Shown here: one piece after another, positions 27,183 through 35,564 of the stretch
How the letters are laid out: each line of letters starts with the position of its first letter
Position numbering within the stretch: position 1 is the first letter of the stretch
DNA from: a virus
Taxonomy: Duplodnaviria; Heunggongvirae; Uroviricota; Caudoviricetes
Length of the DNA stretch: 64,000 nt
Virus record (IMG/VR): IMGVR_UViG_3300027777_000022
Reading direction: 5' to 3' (one strand)
Position numbers and translations under genes: made by a program
Notes under the pieces: generated by a model
What the model was told of the DNA's origin: nothing
Database searches by the model: none
The model's input: the letters and a program-made list of their open reading frames with translations, nothing else

Positions 27183-28511
27183 ATGAATATTCCTTTAGAT
27201 AATCTATATCACTGGGTAGAAGGCCAGGCGCAGTACCCTGTGATGCTTTATGTATTCCGCCCGCACGGCAGCAAAGATATTTTTGACCTGCGACAGTTTG
27301 AAGATAAACCATCATATTATCCTACATCAATTCCAGTTGTTATTTGTCACGACCAGGAACCTTTAAATTTCAAATTGCACCAATTTAATCTGGATCTAGA
27401 ACGACTTAAACAGTTATTTCTAAAACGAGAAAGATATGATGATAGGATGATTGAATTAGCTTTGAAATTTTATTCATACCTAGACGAATTGCCTGCATTC
27501 AAACCAAATTGGCTAAATGTAGGCATGCCTAAAAATGATTGGTTTATATTGTTACATAGCGAGCAGAATAGCAATGACGTTGAACAATTTTCAATGAATG
27601 GATTTTGCCCAGTATATTATTGGTGCCATGCAATAATTGCAAGAGATTGGTATAGATTTGCCAAACATGATCAGAGGCTCAATCAACAATGTATACAAAA
27701 AACTTTTTTAGTATACTGCAGAGATTGGACGCCAACTCGAGAATACCGATTAAAATTTCTTGATTGTTTAGTGTCAGCTGGCTTAGTTGATGATTGTATC
27801 ATCAGCACTCAACACATAAACAATCAAGGAGTACATCTTAGCGACTATCAAGTTCAAGATTTACAATTTGCAGTAGACACACAAAAATTATTATGTATAC
27901 CCAACAATGACTCCCTTCCTAGTGCCAGTGCAGACTACAATGTAAATGACATCAATACTACTGCTATCAGTGTGGTACTAGAGACTGTGGTAGATGGCAG
28001 CAAAATACATCTGACAGAAAAAATACTTAGACCCATTGCCTGCGGTCATCCTTTTATTTTAGTAGCCGGCCCTGGTTCATTGGAATACCTTAAAGGGTAT
28101 GGATTTAAAACATTTAATTCAGTGTTTGATGAAAGCTACGATCAAGAAATTGACACTGTCAAGCGATTAAAAATGATTGTTAATACCATGCAGAATATAC
28201 AACAATTGACAGAATCAGACTGGAAAAAAATCAATGAAATTGCCAAATTCAATAAACAACATTTTTTCAGTGATGATTTTATAAATCAAGTTACCAATGA
28301 ATTACAAAAGAATCTAAATGGTGCAATACAATTCTGTCTTGACAATCAATTTGATACCCAATGGAGATGGAGGAAAATCATCAGAAGGACCAAATTAAAT
28401 CTACTAGAACCGTATTTCAAATCCGAAGATGCCAAGGGTAGAATTCAAGAACTAAGAAAATATAGATTACGTAGATCGAAGAATAACCCCAGTCCAGTCA
28501 TCACCAAGTGA
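27183..28511 (+). CDS. putative glycosyltransferase-like protein (paralogue 4)
   Basis: SVVLET...HLTEKILRPIACGHPF...LKGYGFKTF...DESYD. Confidence 0.55.
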   Translation: MNIPLDNLYHWVEGQAQYPVMLYVFRPHGSKDIFDLRQFEDKPSYYPTSIPVVICHDQEPLNFKLHQFNLDLERLKQLFLKRERYDDRMIELALKFYSYLDELPAFKPNWLNVGMPKNDWFILLHSEQNSNDVEQFSMNGFCPVYYWCHAIIARDWYRFAKHDQRLNQQCIQKTFLVYCRDWTPTREYRLKFLDCLVSAGLVDDCIISTQHINNQGVHLSDYQVQDLQFAVDTQKLLCIPNNDSLPSASADYNVNDINTTAISVVLETVVDGSKIHLTEKILRPIACGHPFILVAGPGSLEYLKGYGFKTFNSVFDESYDQEIDTVKRLKMIVNTMQNIQQLTESDWKKINEIAKFNKQHFFSDDFINQVTNELQKNLNGAIQFCLDNQFDTQWRWRKIIRRTKLNLLEPYFKSEDAKGRIQELRKYRLRRSKNNPSPVITK

Positions 28512-28820
28512 TTGTGTCGTTAGATCTCGAATACGTTCAGATAATATGGTATAAAAACTATCAAGCTCTCTATTCCATTTGCCTTGCAGATGCTCTATGG
28601 CATCTTCACAATACTTCCAATTACGATTGCGGTACTCTTTCATAAGATTGCTGTGTAATTGTTTAAATTGATCCAAACTGGTCATTTCCATCAAGGTCAC
28701 TCGTTCAACCAATGCATAGGTAGTGGTCAGTTGTTGATCAACTTGAAATGTGTCTAGTTCTAATACTATGTATTTTTCTTGAGCTTGTTGTGCAGCCGAG
28801 TCGCCAAATATTATGTTCAT
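28467..28820 (-). CDS. hypothetical protein resembling the C-terminal TPR-like tail of class III adenylate cyclases
   Basis: YRNRNWKYC...FYTILSERI...DDWTGV. Confidence 0.55.
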   Translation of the reverse strand: MNIIFGDSAAQQAQEKYIVLELDTFQVDQQLTTTYALVERVTLMEMTSLDQFKQLHSNLMKEYRNRNWKYCEDAIEHLQGKWNRELDSFYTILSERIRDLTTQSLGDDWTGVILRST

Positions 28821-28844
28821 GTGTAATCCTTTTAAATATGTATC

Positions 28845-29648
28845 ATGAGCATGACATTCGACTTAATTTCAGATCTACATTTGGAGACCTGGCCCGGGGA
28901 ATTTGACTGGACTGGACAACCCACTAGTCCAGTGTGTGTGGTAGCTGGAGACATAAGTTCAGACCCTAGAATAGTAAGAAACTGTTTAAAACATCTAGCT
29001 AATTGTTATGCCGCTGTGTTCTACATAGACGGCAACGACGAACACACATACAATTATCATAGACTAGGCGAAAGCTATCAAGAACTGGCCCGAAGCATAA
29101 ACAGATTGCATAGAGTTACATATCTACAGGACAATGTGGTTGTGATAGACGGTGTAGCCATTCTTGGCACTAATGGATGGTGGGGTTACGATTTAGATGA
29201 AAACATCAATCGTGATGATTGCAAACAACACATGACCAATTGGTATGCTAAAAAAATGCCTGGACATGAAATTGATCCTGAAGAAATTAGTGATCTATCT
29301 AGACGTGATGTAGCTTACTTGATCAACAGTGTACGACGATTGCAAACACATAATGATGTGAAAAAGATTGTGATTGTTACTCATACTGTTCCTAGTGCAA
29401 GCCTGATCAAACACGATATCAACTTATCGGGTACTACACAGTTTAACCACATGGGCAATCGACTCATGCATCTAGTGCATACCAATGATACCGAACGTAA
29501 AATAAACACCTGGTGTTTTGGGCACTATCACAGTGGTGTGGATCAAGTGGTCAATGGAATAAGATTTGTAAATAATTGCCGTGGACATGGTGATACTGCT
29601 TATCGGCAAGATGCTTACTTTCCCAAACGCATTGAAGTAAAAACTTGA
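28845..29648 (+). CDS. calcineurin-like metallophosphoesterase
   Basis: SDLHLE, AGDI, GNDE, THT, FGHYH. Confidence 0.85.
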   Translation: MSMTFDLISDLHLETWPGEFDWTGQPTSPVCVVAGDISSDPRIVRNCLKHLANCYAAVFYIDGNDEHTYNYHRLGESYQELARSINRLHRVTYLQDNVVVIDGVAILGTNGWWGYDLDENINRDDCKQHMTNWYAKKMPGHEIDPEEISDLSRRDVAYLINSVRRLQTHNDVKKIVIVTHTVPSASLIKHDINLSGTTQFNHMGNRLMHLVHTNDTERKINTWCFGHYHSGVDQVVNGIRFVNNCRGHGDTAYRQDAYFPKRIEVKT

Positions 29649-29649
29649 T

Positions 29650-29958
29650 TTATTTAGAATCGGGTTCTAGTTTGACTTGCAAAGGATATTCTTGCTCACG
29701 TGCGCTGGCAGTTACTTCGGTGCCTTTTTGTTCAGCGATTTCAAACGGTAATACAGCTACAACGGCTTGACCGTGCTCGTGTATGCTCACAGTTAATTGT
29801 GTAGCAGTTTCAATAGTATAATCAAAAAACTCTACTAAACTTTCAACCACAAATTCCATTGTGGTAGTGTTATCATTGATGTAGATCACACGATAAAGAG
29901 GCGGCTCTTTGATAGCTTTTTTGATTTTGGTAATGGTTGCTGCTTCTGTGTTTGACAT
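29650..29958 (-). CDS. clpS: Clp protease adaptor ClpS
   Basis: PPLYRVIYINDNTTTMEFVV, IHEHGQAVV, EIAEQK, YPLQVKLE. Confidence 0.9.
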   Translation of the reverse strand: MSNTEAATITKIKKAIKEPPLYRVIYINDNTTTMEFVVESLVEFFDYTIETATQLTVSIHEHGQAVVAVLPFEIAEQKGTEVTASAREQEYPLQVKLEPDSK

Positions 29959-29972
29959 ATGATTCCTCTTGG

Positions 29973-29996
29973 AGTGGCAGGGTGAGTCCTGCCACT
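29973..29996. promoter_or_regulatory. GC-rich hairpin between hsp20 and clpS, just downstream of TAAATA
   Basis: agtggcagg-gtgagt-cctgccact. Confidence 0.5.
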
Positions 29997-30013
29997 GTAT
30001 TTACACAATTATA

Positions 30014-30460
30014 CTACGAAGTGTAGGTGATTGCAATGCTCTTAGGCTTGGCTGAATCAGGAACTTTACGCTCCAGATACACAGTCAAGATACCATCTCG
30101 GATAGCTGCACCGTTGACCTCCACATGTTCGGCAAGCGGAAATGTCTGCTTGAAGTCACGGCTAGAAATGCCACGATGTAGATATTCATGTTCTACATTG
30201 TCATCACGCTTTTTGTTACCTGTCACAGTAAGCAAACGCTTGTCTAAACTGATATCAATTTCGCCTTCGGAGAATCCTGCCACAGCAACTTCGATTGTGA
30301 CTGTGTCGTCACCGGTCTTGATCACATTGTGTGGAGGATAGTTGGTTGAACTTTGAGTTTGTGTGACACGCATTAGGTCGTCAAACACATTGTCAAAACC
30401 AATTCCAAATTTGTTGAAAGCAGGAATATCAAAACTACGTAGGTGTAGAGTTTTTGTCAT
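30014..30460 (-). CDS. small heat-shock protein Hsp20 (IbpA-like)
   Basis: IGFD, NYPPHNV, IEVAVAGF, YLHRGISSRDF, DGILTV. Confidence 0.93.
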   Translation of the reverse strand: MTKTLHLRSFDIPAFNKFGIGFDNVFDDLMRVTQTQSSTNYPPHNVIKTGDDTVTIEVAVAGFSEGEIDISLDKRLLTVTGNKKRDDNVEHEYLHRGISSRDFKQTFPLAEHVEVNGAAIRDGILTVYLERKVPDSAKPKSIAITYTS

Positions 30461-30535
30461 GTTGTTTCTCCTTTAATAAGCAAGTATGACTGAATAATGT
30501 AGACCCCACCATGGGCATCTACAAGTGTATTTATA
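30461..30535 (-). promoter_or_regulatory. T4-type late promoter TATAAATA plus ROSE-like RNA thermometer
   Basis: TATAAATA 30528-30535; hairpin 30498-30523; CTTGCT-TATTAA-AGGAG able to sequester the SD. Confidence 0.7.
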
Positions 30536-30544
30536 CAGGAAATT

Positions 30545-30781
30545 TCATTGGTGGTCAAGTTTCATTGGCTCAATTATTCGATATGTTTTAAGGTATGCAT
30601 GTGGCGGATTCCAGCTTAGAGCAAAAAAACTATAAAGTTCGTCGGATGCAAATGCTACCCGGGTGACTTTTTTTACCGTTTTGATTTGAAAAGGTATATT
30701 GTATTTTTCGTGCCACTTACCCAATGCTTCTTCAATATCAGTCAAGTGACGGAAGTTTAACAGATCAAATGCAATATACAT
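30545..30781 (-). CDS. hypothetical protein
   Basis: 78 aa between clpX and hsp20. Confidence 0.6.
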   Translation of the reverse strand: MYIAFDLLNFRHLTDIEEALGKWHEKYNIPFQIKTVKKVTRVAFASDELYSFFALSWNPPHAYLKTYRIIEPMKLDHQ

Positions 30782-30785
30782 AGCA

Positions 30786-31988
30786 TCAGTCTGTACCAGT
30801 TAATGCAGTTGGTTTGTTCACCTGTGCAGGATCAATTTCCACACACTTGATACCTGTGCTGGCATAGCGACGTAGATTAAACATGTGCGGAATCAAAGTG
30901 CGTTCTAGTTCTGAATGCAAGCCACGAGCACCTGTTTTGTTGGCCAATGTATGTTCAGCAATGAGATCCAGTGCAGGCTCTGTGAATGTTAACTCAACTC
31001 CATCTTCTTTGAACAGCCAATGGTATTGTTCAATGTAGTTGTTCTTGACTTCTGTGAGGATACGTATCAAATCTGCTTTTGAAAGTTCTTTCAAGCTGAC
31101 CCAATTAGGAAAACGTCCCACAAACTCTGGAATCATTCCAAACTTTACTAGATCGTCTGGTGTGGTCATGCCCAGATCTGTGTCCATATTGGCTTCTACT
31201 CGGGCATTGAATCCAATACTTGTACCTTGCACACGATTCTTCACAATGCTGTCTAGTCCTACAAACGCACCGCCAGCAATAAACAAGATGTTCTTGGTGT
31301 CAATTTCAATCATTTCTCCACCTGGGTGTTTGCGGCCGCCGCCGGCACTCACGCGACATACTGTGCCTTCTACCATCTTGAGTAGAGCTTGCTGCACACC
31401 TTCACCACTGACATCTCGTGTGATTGAGGTTGATTCTCCTTTGCGGGAGATCTTGTCAATTTCGTCCACAAACACAATGCCCTGCTGCGTTTTGGCAACA
31501 TCATTGCCCGATGCTGCATACAGTCTGCTGATTAAACTTTCCACATCGTCGCCCACGTAACCTGCTTCGGTGATACTAGTAGCATCTGCGATAGCAAATG
31601 GTACGTCAAGATATCGTGCTACAGATTTGGCCAATAGTGTTTTGCCCGATCCAGTTGGCCCTAACATCAAGATGTTGGCTTTGTCTAGTTCAGGTTCTGT
31701 TGTGGTTTTGCCAATACGCTTGTAATGATTTACAATGGCCACAGCCAACATGACCTTGGCAGCATGTTGTCCAATCACATACTGATCAAGATAATTTTTT
31801 AATGCGACAGGATCCATCTTGTCTGACGGTTGTACTGGGGCCACAGGCACTGTTTCATCAGTAAGCAGATCTTGACAAAAGTCCACACACTCGTTGCAAA
31901 TACCTGCGTATTCTCCAACAATTAGTTTTTTTACTGAATCTTTGTTCTTGCCGCAAAAGCTGCAAGATGTATATGTTTCTTTGGTCAT
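30786..31988 (-). CDS. clpX: ATP-dependent Clp protease ATPase subunit ClpX
   Basis: C4 zinc finger CSFC...[16 protein letters not shown] pore loop, DEIDK, RKHP, IGF loop, TGARGL. Confidence 0.97.
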   Translation of the reverse strand: MTKETYTSCSFCGKNKDSVKKLIVGEYAGICNECVDFCQDLLTDETVPVAPVQPSDKMDPVALKNYLDQYVIGQHAAKVMLAVAIVNHYKRIGKTTTEPELDKANILMLGPTGSGKTLLAKSVARYLDVPFAIADATSITEAGYVGDDVESLISRLYAASGNDVAKTQQGIVFVDEIDKISRKGESTSITRDVSGEGVQQALLKMVEGTVCRVSAGGGRKHPGGEMIEIDTKNILFIAGGAFVGLDSIVKNRVQGTSIGFNARVEANMDTDLGMTTPDDLVKFGMIPEFVGRFPNWVSLKELSKADLIRILTEVKNNYIEQYHWLFKEDGVELTFTEPALDLIAEHTLANKTGARGLHSELERTLIPHMFNLRRYASTGIKCVEIDPAQVNKPTALTGTD

Positions 31989-33541
31989 TTGGTTTGTGTT
32001 ATGCGTTGTTCAATTTGATCACGTTCACTGTCGTTCAGTTGGTCAGGGTCATATAATCCTTTTTCAATTTGACTGATCAGATGATCTATATAAGCTATAT
32101 CGTAAGTATAGTTATCTTGTTGAGTGTTGTCAATCCTAAGCCATTCCAATCCATTGTGTTTATACAGTCGATGTGGTATGCCAATAGTGGATATAAATGT
32201 ATCGCCTTTGGAACCGTACTCGGGCAGCACAGGGCCAAATCCTGAGTGGGGCACTTTGTCTAGATATTGCATCCAGGGCAGTTGATCTATTACTCCTGCT
32301 TCTAGCAAACGTCGATGGCGTTTTAGCGTATCACCCGGATTGTCAGCTTTCCATTGTTCTCTGGCTTCTTTGATTTCTGCACTGTCGTTTTCATTGTATT
32401 CGTCGTCACCCGGCAGAGTAACTTTAATTTGCACAGGTTCCTGATCATCCAAGAATGGCCCATCGCTTACATCACAGGCTCGATTTGGACAAAATGGCCC
32501 AATCCCTGGAGCGTTCATCAATGGCGTACCACATTTATAGCAAGGATCAAGTTCAGGATTGCTAGGTTGGTATACTTGTATTGGAACCGGTTCTACTCCT
32601 GGTGGGGTACTGCTGCCCGGGGGAGTGAACAAGTACGGATGATCGTTGATGTTGAATTCTTTTTCTGTTACTGTTTCAACAGGCTCAACCTCGCCGGGCC
32701 ATTCAACATATTCTTCCGCAGGGGCAGACTGCGGAGTCTTGTGCCCATCTTTGGATATTTCTTCTTTGATTTCCTTTACCAGTGGTTTACGAGCCCACTT
32801 GAGACTTTCTGTAGCTGACAGCAACATCATTATGGCCAATGGATCAAACACACATACCAGCAATATGATTACCCAACGTACAGAGCGTTCCAACACATTT
32901 GTATCTGGATTGTCTCCATAGATTAATGCTGCAATGTATTTGATAGGTCCTACTTCTGCTTCCACCTTGCGAACTTCAGCAGCAATCGGAGCACGTTGTT
33001 CATTGAGTGCTGAAATGCGTGTTTGACTTTCAGAAATTTCCGCAAGCAGGCGCTGACGCTCTTTTTGTTGGCCACGCCTAACAGCCACAGCTTTGTCTGC
33101 ACCTTTTTCGTCTGAGCTACGACCCATAACCTGGTCCACGGCTTCATCCATTTGTTTAAGGGATTTACGACTAACATCTATGTTTTCCTTTTCAGTCTTG
33201 ATTTTTTCATCATACACAGCAATCTTTGCTATCACGTCGCCGCTTACTAGACTTTGGTCACTGTGTGCTTTTGACAAAAACCCAAAGATGCCCATGCTGG
33301 TGATCAGCATCAACAGACACACAGCTGGTACTAGATACAATTTCATCAACCAACGGCAGCGTGACCAGTATTCGTGCAGCCACAAGGTGACCACAACTTT
33401 GGCCAGTTCCAATACAGAACCCATGATCATAATGGGTACCACAGCCGCAGCAAATATGGCAGCAAGGCCTGCAATACTATAATATGCAGCAATGGCACTA
33501 AGGCTCAAGGCCACTGCTAAAGTAATAAGACTAAGAAACAT
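31985..33541 (-). CDS. membrane protein with coiled coil and Zn-ribbon-like motif
   Basis: Three N-terminal TM helices, long coiled coil, EVGPIKYIA...VFDPLA, CYKC...CPNRAC. Confidence 0.75.
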   Translation of the reverse strand: MFLSLITLAVALSLSAIAAYYSIAGLAAIFAAAVVPIMIMGSVLELAKVVVTLWLHEYWSRCRWLMKLYLVPAVCLLMLITSMGIFGFLSKAHSDQSLVSGDVIAKIAVYDEKIKTEKENIDVSRKSLKQMDEAVDQVMGRSSDEKGADKAVAVRRGQQKERQRLLAEISESQTRISALNEQRAPIAAEVRKVEAEVGPIKYIAALIYGDNPDTNVLERSVRWVIILLVCVFDPLAIMMLLSATESLKWARKPLVKEIKEEISKDGHKTPQSAPAEEYVEWPGEVEPVETVTEKEFNINDHPYLFTPPGSSTPPGVEPVPIQVYQPSNPELDPCYKCGTPLMNAPGIGPFCPNRACDVSDGPFLDDQEPVQIKVTLPGDDEYNENDSAEIKEAREQWKADNPGDTLKRHRRLLEAGVIDQLPWMQYLDKVPHSGFGPVLPEYGSKGDTFISTIGIPHRLYKHNGLEWLRIDNTQQDNYTYDIAYIDHLISQIEKGLYDPDQLNDSERDQIEQRITQTK

Positions 33542-33545
33542 AAGA

Positions 33546-33875
33546 TTATTTACCAGGTGTTGCAAGCACAGTTACCGCATACTTTATAGCTATCCAAGTT
33601 GCAAACTTTTCGTCGGGCACATCAAACCACACACGTTCGGTAGTCTTAGCAGATACTGGCCACATGCGATTGTTTCGATCCAACCGACGTTTAGCACCTG
33701 ATTGTCCCTTCCATCCGCGAATACCAAATTCGCGATTGGCTTCGGCAATGATCTTGTACCAGACTTCAGTGCTGTCAATTTCTACCCAAATACGGTGCAT
33801 GGACAAGGACGTTACTTCAAGCGAATTGAGTGACTCGGACATGCTCAACGCAGAGATCCCAATTTCAACAGACAT
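33546..33875 (-). CDS. hypothetical protein
   Basis: 109 aa; AAGGA SD; directly downstream of the structured RNA candidate. Confidence 0.65.
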   Translation of the reverse strand: MSVEIGISALSMSESLNSLEVTSLSMHRIWVEIDSTEVWYKIIAEANREFGIRGWKGQSGAKRRLDRNNRMWPVSAKTTERVWFDVPDEKFATWIAIKYAVTVLATPGK

Positions 33876-33901
33876 TTACATATCCTTTCCAGATTATTCC
33901 T

Positions 33902-34064
33902 CTTGGCATACTCCCAGGGTACCAGCCTGGTTTTGATCTTTCGATCGAGGTCTTAGTCGCAACCTATAAGATTTATGCTCACTTGCCACGGCACCTGCAG
34001 GCCCGGGTTATCGATTCACCCTACAGACACCATTGAACAACTCCATCTCCTTGCCCATGCCAAG
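33902..34064 (-). ncRNA. candidate structured RNA (six-stem, unassigned family)
   Basis: Closing stem CUUGGCAU/AUGCCAAG; 14-bp stem with 5 G-U pairs; GAUC-GAAA-GAUC; CCAGG/CCUGG; extended -10 TGTTATAAT just upstream; no ORF on this strand. Confidence 0.7.
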
Positions 34065-34078
34065 TAATTATAACAATT

Positions 34079-34276
34079 TTATTCCTTGTTTAATTCTTTG
34101 CCGGTGCAACTGCCATCTTCAAACCACTGAGCCATAGCTCGACGTCGATATGCATCTAAATCTATTTGCCTACGACGTTCAAGCATCAGGGCCCACTGCT
34201 CTTCTGTGAGTGCGTGGCTGGCATCACACCGGCCTTCGGGATTCAATGTCCTGCCGCAGTTACACATCACTTGCAT
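34079..34276 (-). CDS. small CDGSH-like Fe-S protein
   Basis: MQVMCNCGRTLNPEGRCDASH; TAATG coupling to the upstream gene. Confidence 0.65.
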   Translation of the reverse strand: MQVMCNCGRTLNPEGRCDASHALTEEQWALMLERRRQIDLDAYRRRAMAQWFEDGSCTGKELNKE

Positions 34277-34488
34277 TAGGTATCTCGTTCCATAACACAG
34301 GCTTCTGCTACCAGTGCCTGTACTTCTTCTAGTGTGCTGCACAAGATCCTAGCACTAACATAATCGCTTTTTTTGTTACGTCCGCCAACTTCTACCATGA
34401 AGCCATTGTCATACATGTGTACTGAGAAGTTGTCATTTACTTTGACCAGCTTGTCGCTGAGTTTAGTTACTGTTTTTGCTGTTGCCAC
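34276..34488 (-). CDS. hypothetical phage protein
   Basis: 70 aa; AGGAG SD, GTG start. Confidence 0.7.
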   Translation of the reverse strand: MATAKTVTKLSDKLVKVNDNFSVHMYDNGFMVEVGGRNKKSDYVSARILCSTLEEVQALVAEACVMERDT

Positions 34489-34693
34489 GATTTTCTCCTT
34501 TTAAAATCTGTATCATTCTATACTGTTCAAACAATTTTGTCAAGTCTACCCACTCGCCCGCACCGTTGGGCACTTCAAATGTTTCACCACTACACCAGGC
34601 TGCGGCGGCACGGTGATATAGAAGTTCTGCTGCATTTTCGTTGATCACTGGTGACAGATCCTGCACCATTTCTGTCCATAGATTTTGACTCAC
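34463..34693 (-). CDS. hypothetical protein
   Basis: 76 aa collinear ORF. Confidence 0.55.
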   Translation of the reverse strand: MSQNLWTEMVQDLSPVINENAAELLYHRAAAAWCSGETFEVPNGAGEWVDLTKLFEQYRMIQILKGENRGNSKNSN

Positions 34694-34717
34694 TATAAAG
34701 TTCTTTCCAGGGGTTGC

Positions 34718-35062
34718 TTATCTTTGGTCGACACTGGTAAGACCATCGCTCACTGAGGTCACTAGTTTTCTACCTATTCCGTGTCTACGGATTCTCCAGT
34801 CAACCACAAATGCACCCAGTATACATGCTACGATTGTGTGTGTGCCGCTTACGTCAAATTTATCACATGCACCTGCCATCACAAATGCTGCAATAAATGC
34901 ACTGATCAGCCCAATGATGGTGGCCTTTATAGAGCCAGGCACAATGATGTATTCAGCCACTGTGTCGATTGTGGTTGTACAGTGTGGGCAGCGTCGTGAC
35001 ATTACATTTATGTTTTTAGCACAAGCTGGACACACAATCCTGTCATCAATGTTATTGATCAT
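34718..35062 (-). CDS. zinc-ribbon membrane protein
   Basis: CPAC...CPHC followed by two TM helices. Confidence 0.7.
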   Translation of the reverse strand: MINNIDDRIVCPACAKNINVMSRRCPHCTTTIDTVAEYIIVPGSIKATIIGLISAFIAAFVMAGACDKFDVSGTHTIVACILGAFVVDWRIRRHGIGRKLVTSVSDGLTSVDQR

Positions 35063-35334
35063 TGAACTTTACCCCAACTGTTTCTATCATAATCCCAATG
35101 CCGCATATCGTAAAAATGCAGTTCCGCACCATATCCCAGCAACACCAACATCACTCTAGCACCTGCATGATCACCTTTGACTCTCAAATCAAACTCTACA
35201 TCAATAATATGACTAGTACGGTATCCATTGAACTCCACGGCTTTGTGCTTGGCAATTGACCTGCTGATGTTCCAAAGGATATCCCAAAGATCTCGACGCC
35301 ATGGATTGGCAATGCTGAAATTTAGATTAATCAC
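35059..35334 (-). CDS. hypothetical phage protein
   Basis: 91 aa, ends FYDMRHWDY; ATGA overlaps. Confidence 0.7.
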   Translation of the reverse strand: MINLNFSIANPWRRDLWDILWNISRSIAKHKAVEFNGYRTSHIIDVEFDLRVKGDHAGARVMLVLLGYGAELHFYDMRHWDYDRNSWGKVQ

Positions 35335-35564
35335 AACACATGCCCGAGCACTTGATAGATCAACTGGTCTAGCTCTGTTTGATAATCGTGATTGCCCAGC
35401 CGACGCTTCATCCAGATTTTTTCTACCAATTCTTTGGAATCAAATGATCCTTCAACTGGCAAACTGCCACGTGCTTCTAGTTCGTCCAGCAAGTCCTCGG
35501 TCTCAAACTCGCTGATGTCCACATCGACTTCAACTTCTGTGTATACTGTTTTGTATTTGCTCAT
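35331..35564 (-). CDS. acidic hypothetical phage protein
   Basis: EVEVDVDISEFETEDLLDELEARG. Confidence 0.7.
   Translation of the reverse strand: MSKYKTVYTEVEVDVDISEFETEDLLDELEARGSLPVEGSFDSKELVEKIWMKRRLGNHDYQTELDQLIYQVLGHVL

Noticed and set aside
33902-34064. Structured RNA as RNase P RNA, tRNA or tmRNA
   Set aside because: AAAACCAGGCU recalls the RNase P 3' motif, but the GAGGAAAGUCC partner is absent; no T-loop GUUCRA, cloverleaf or CCA end.
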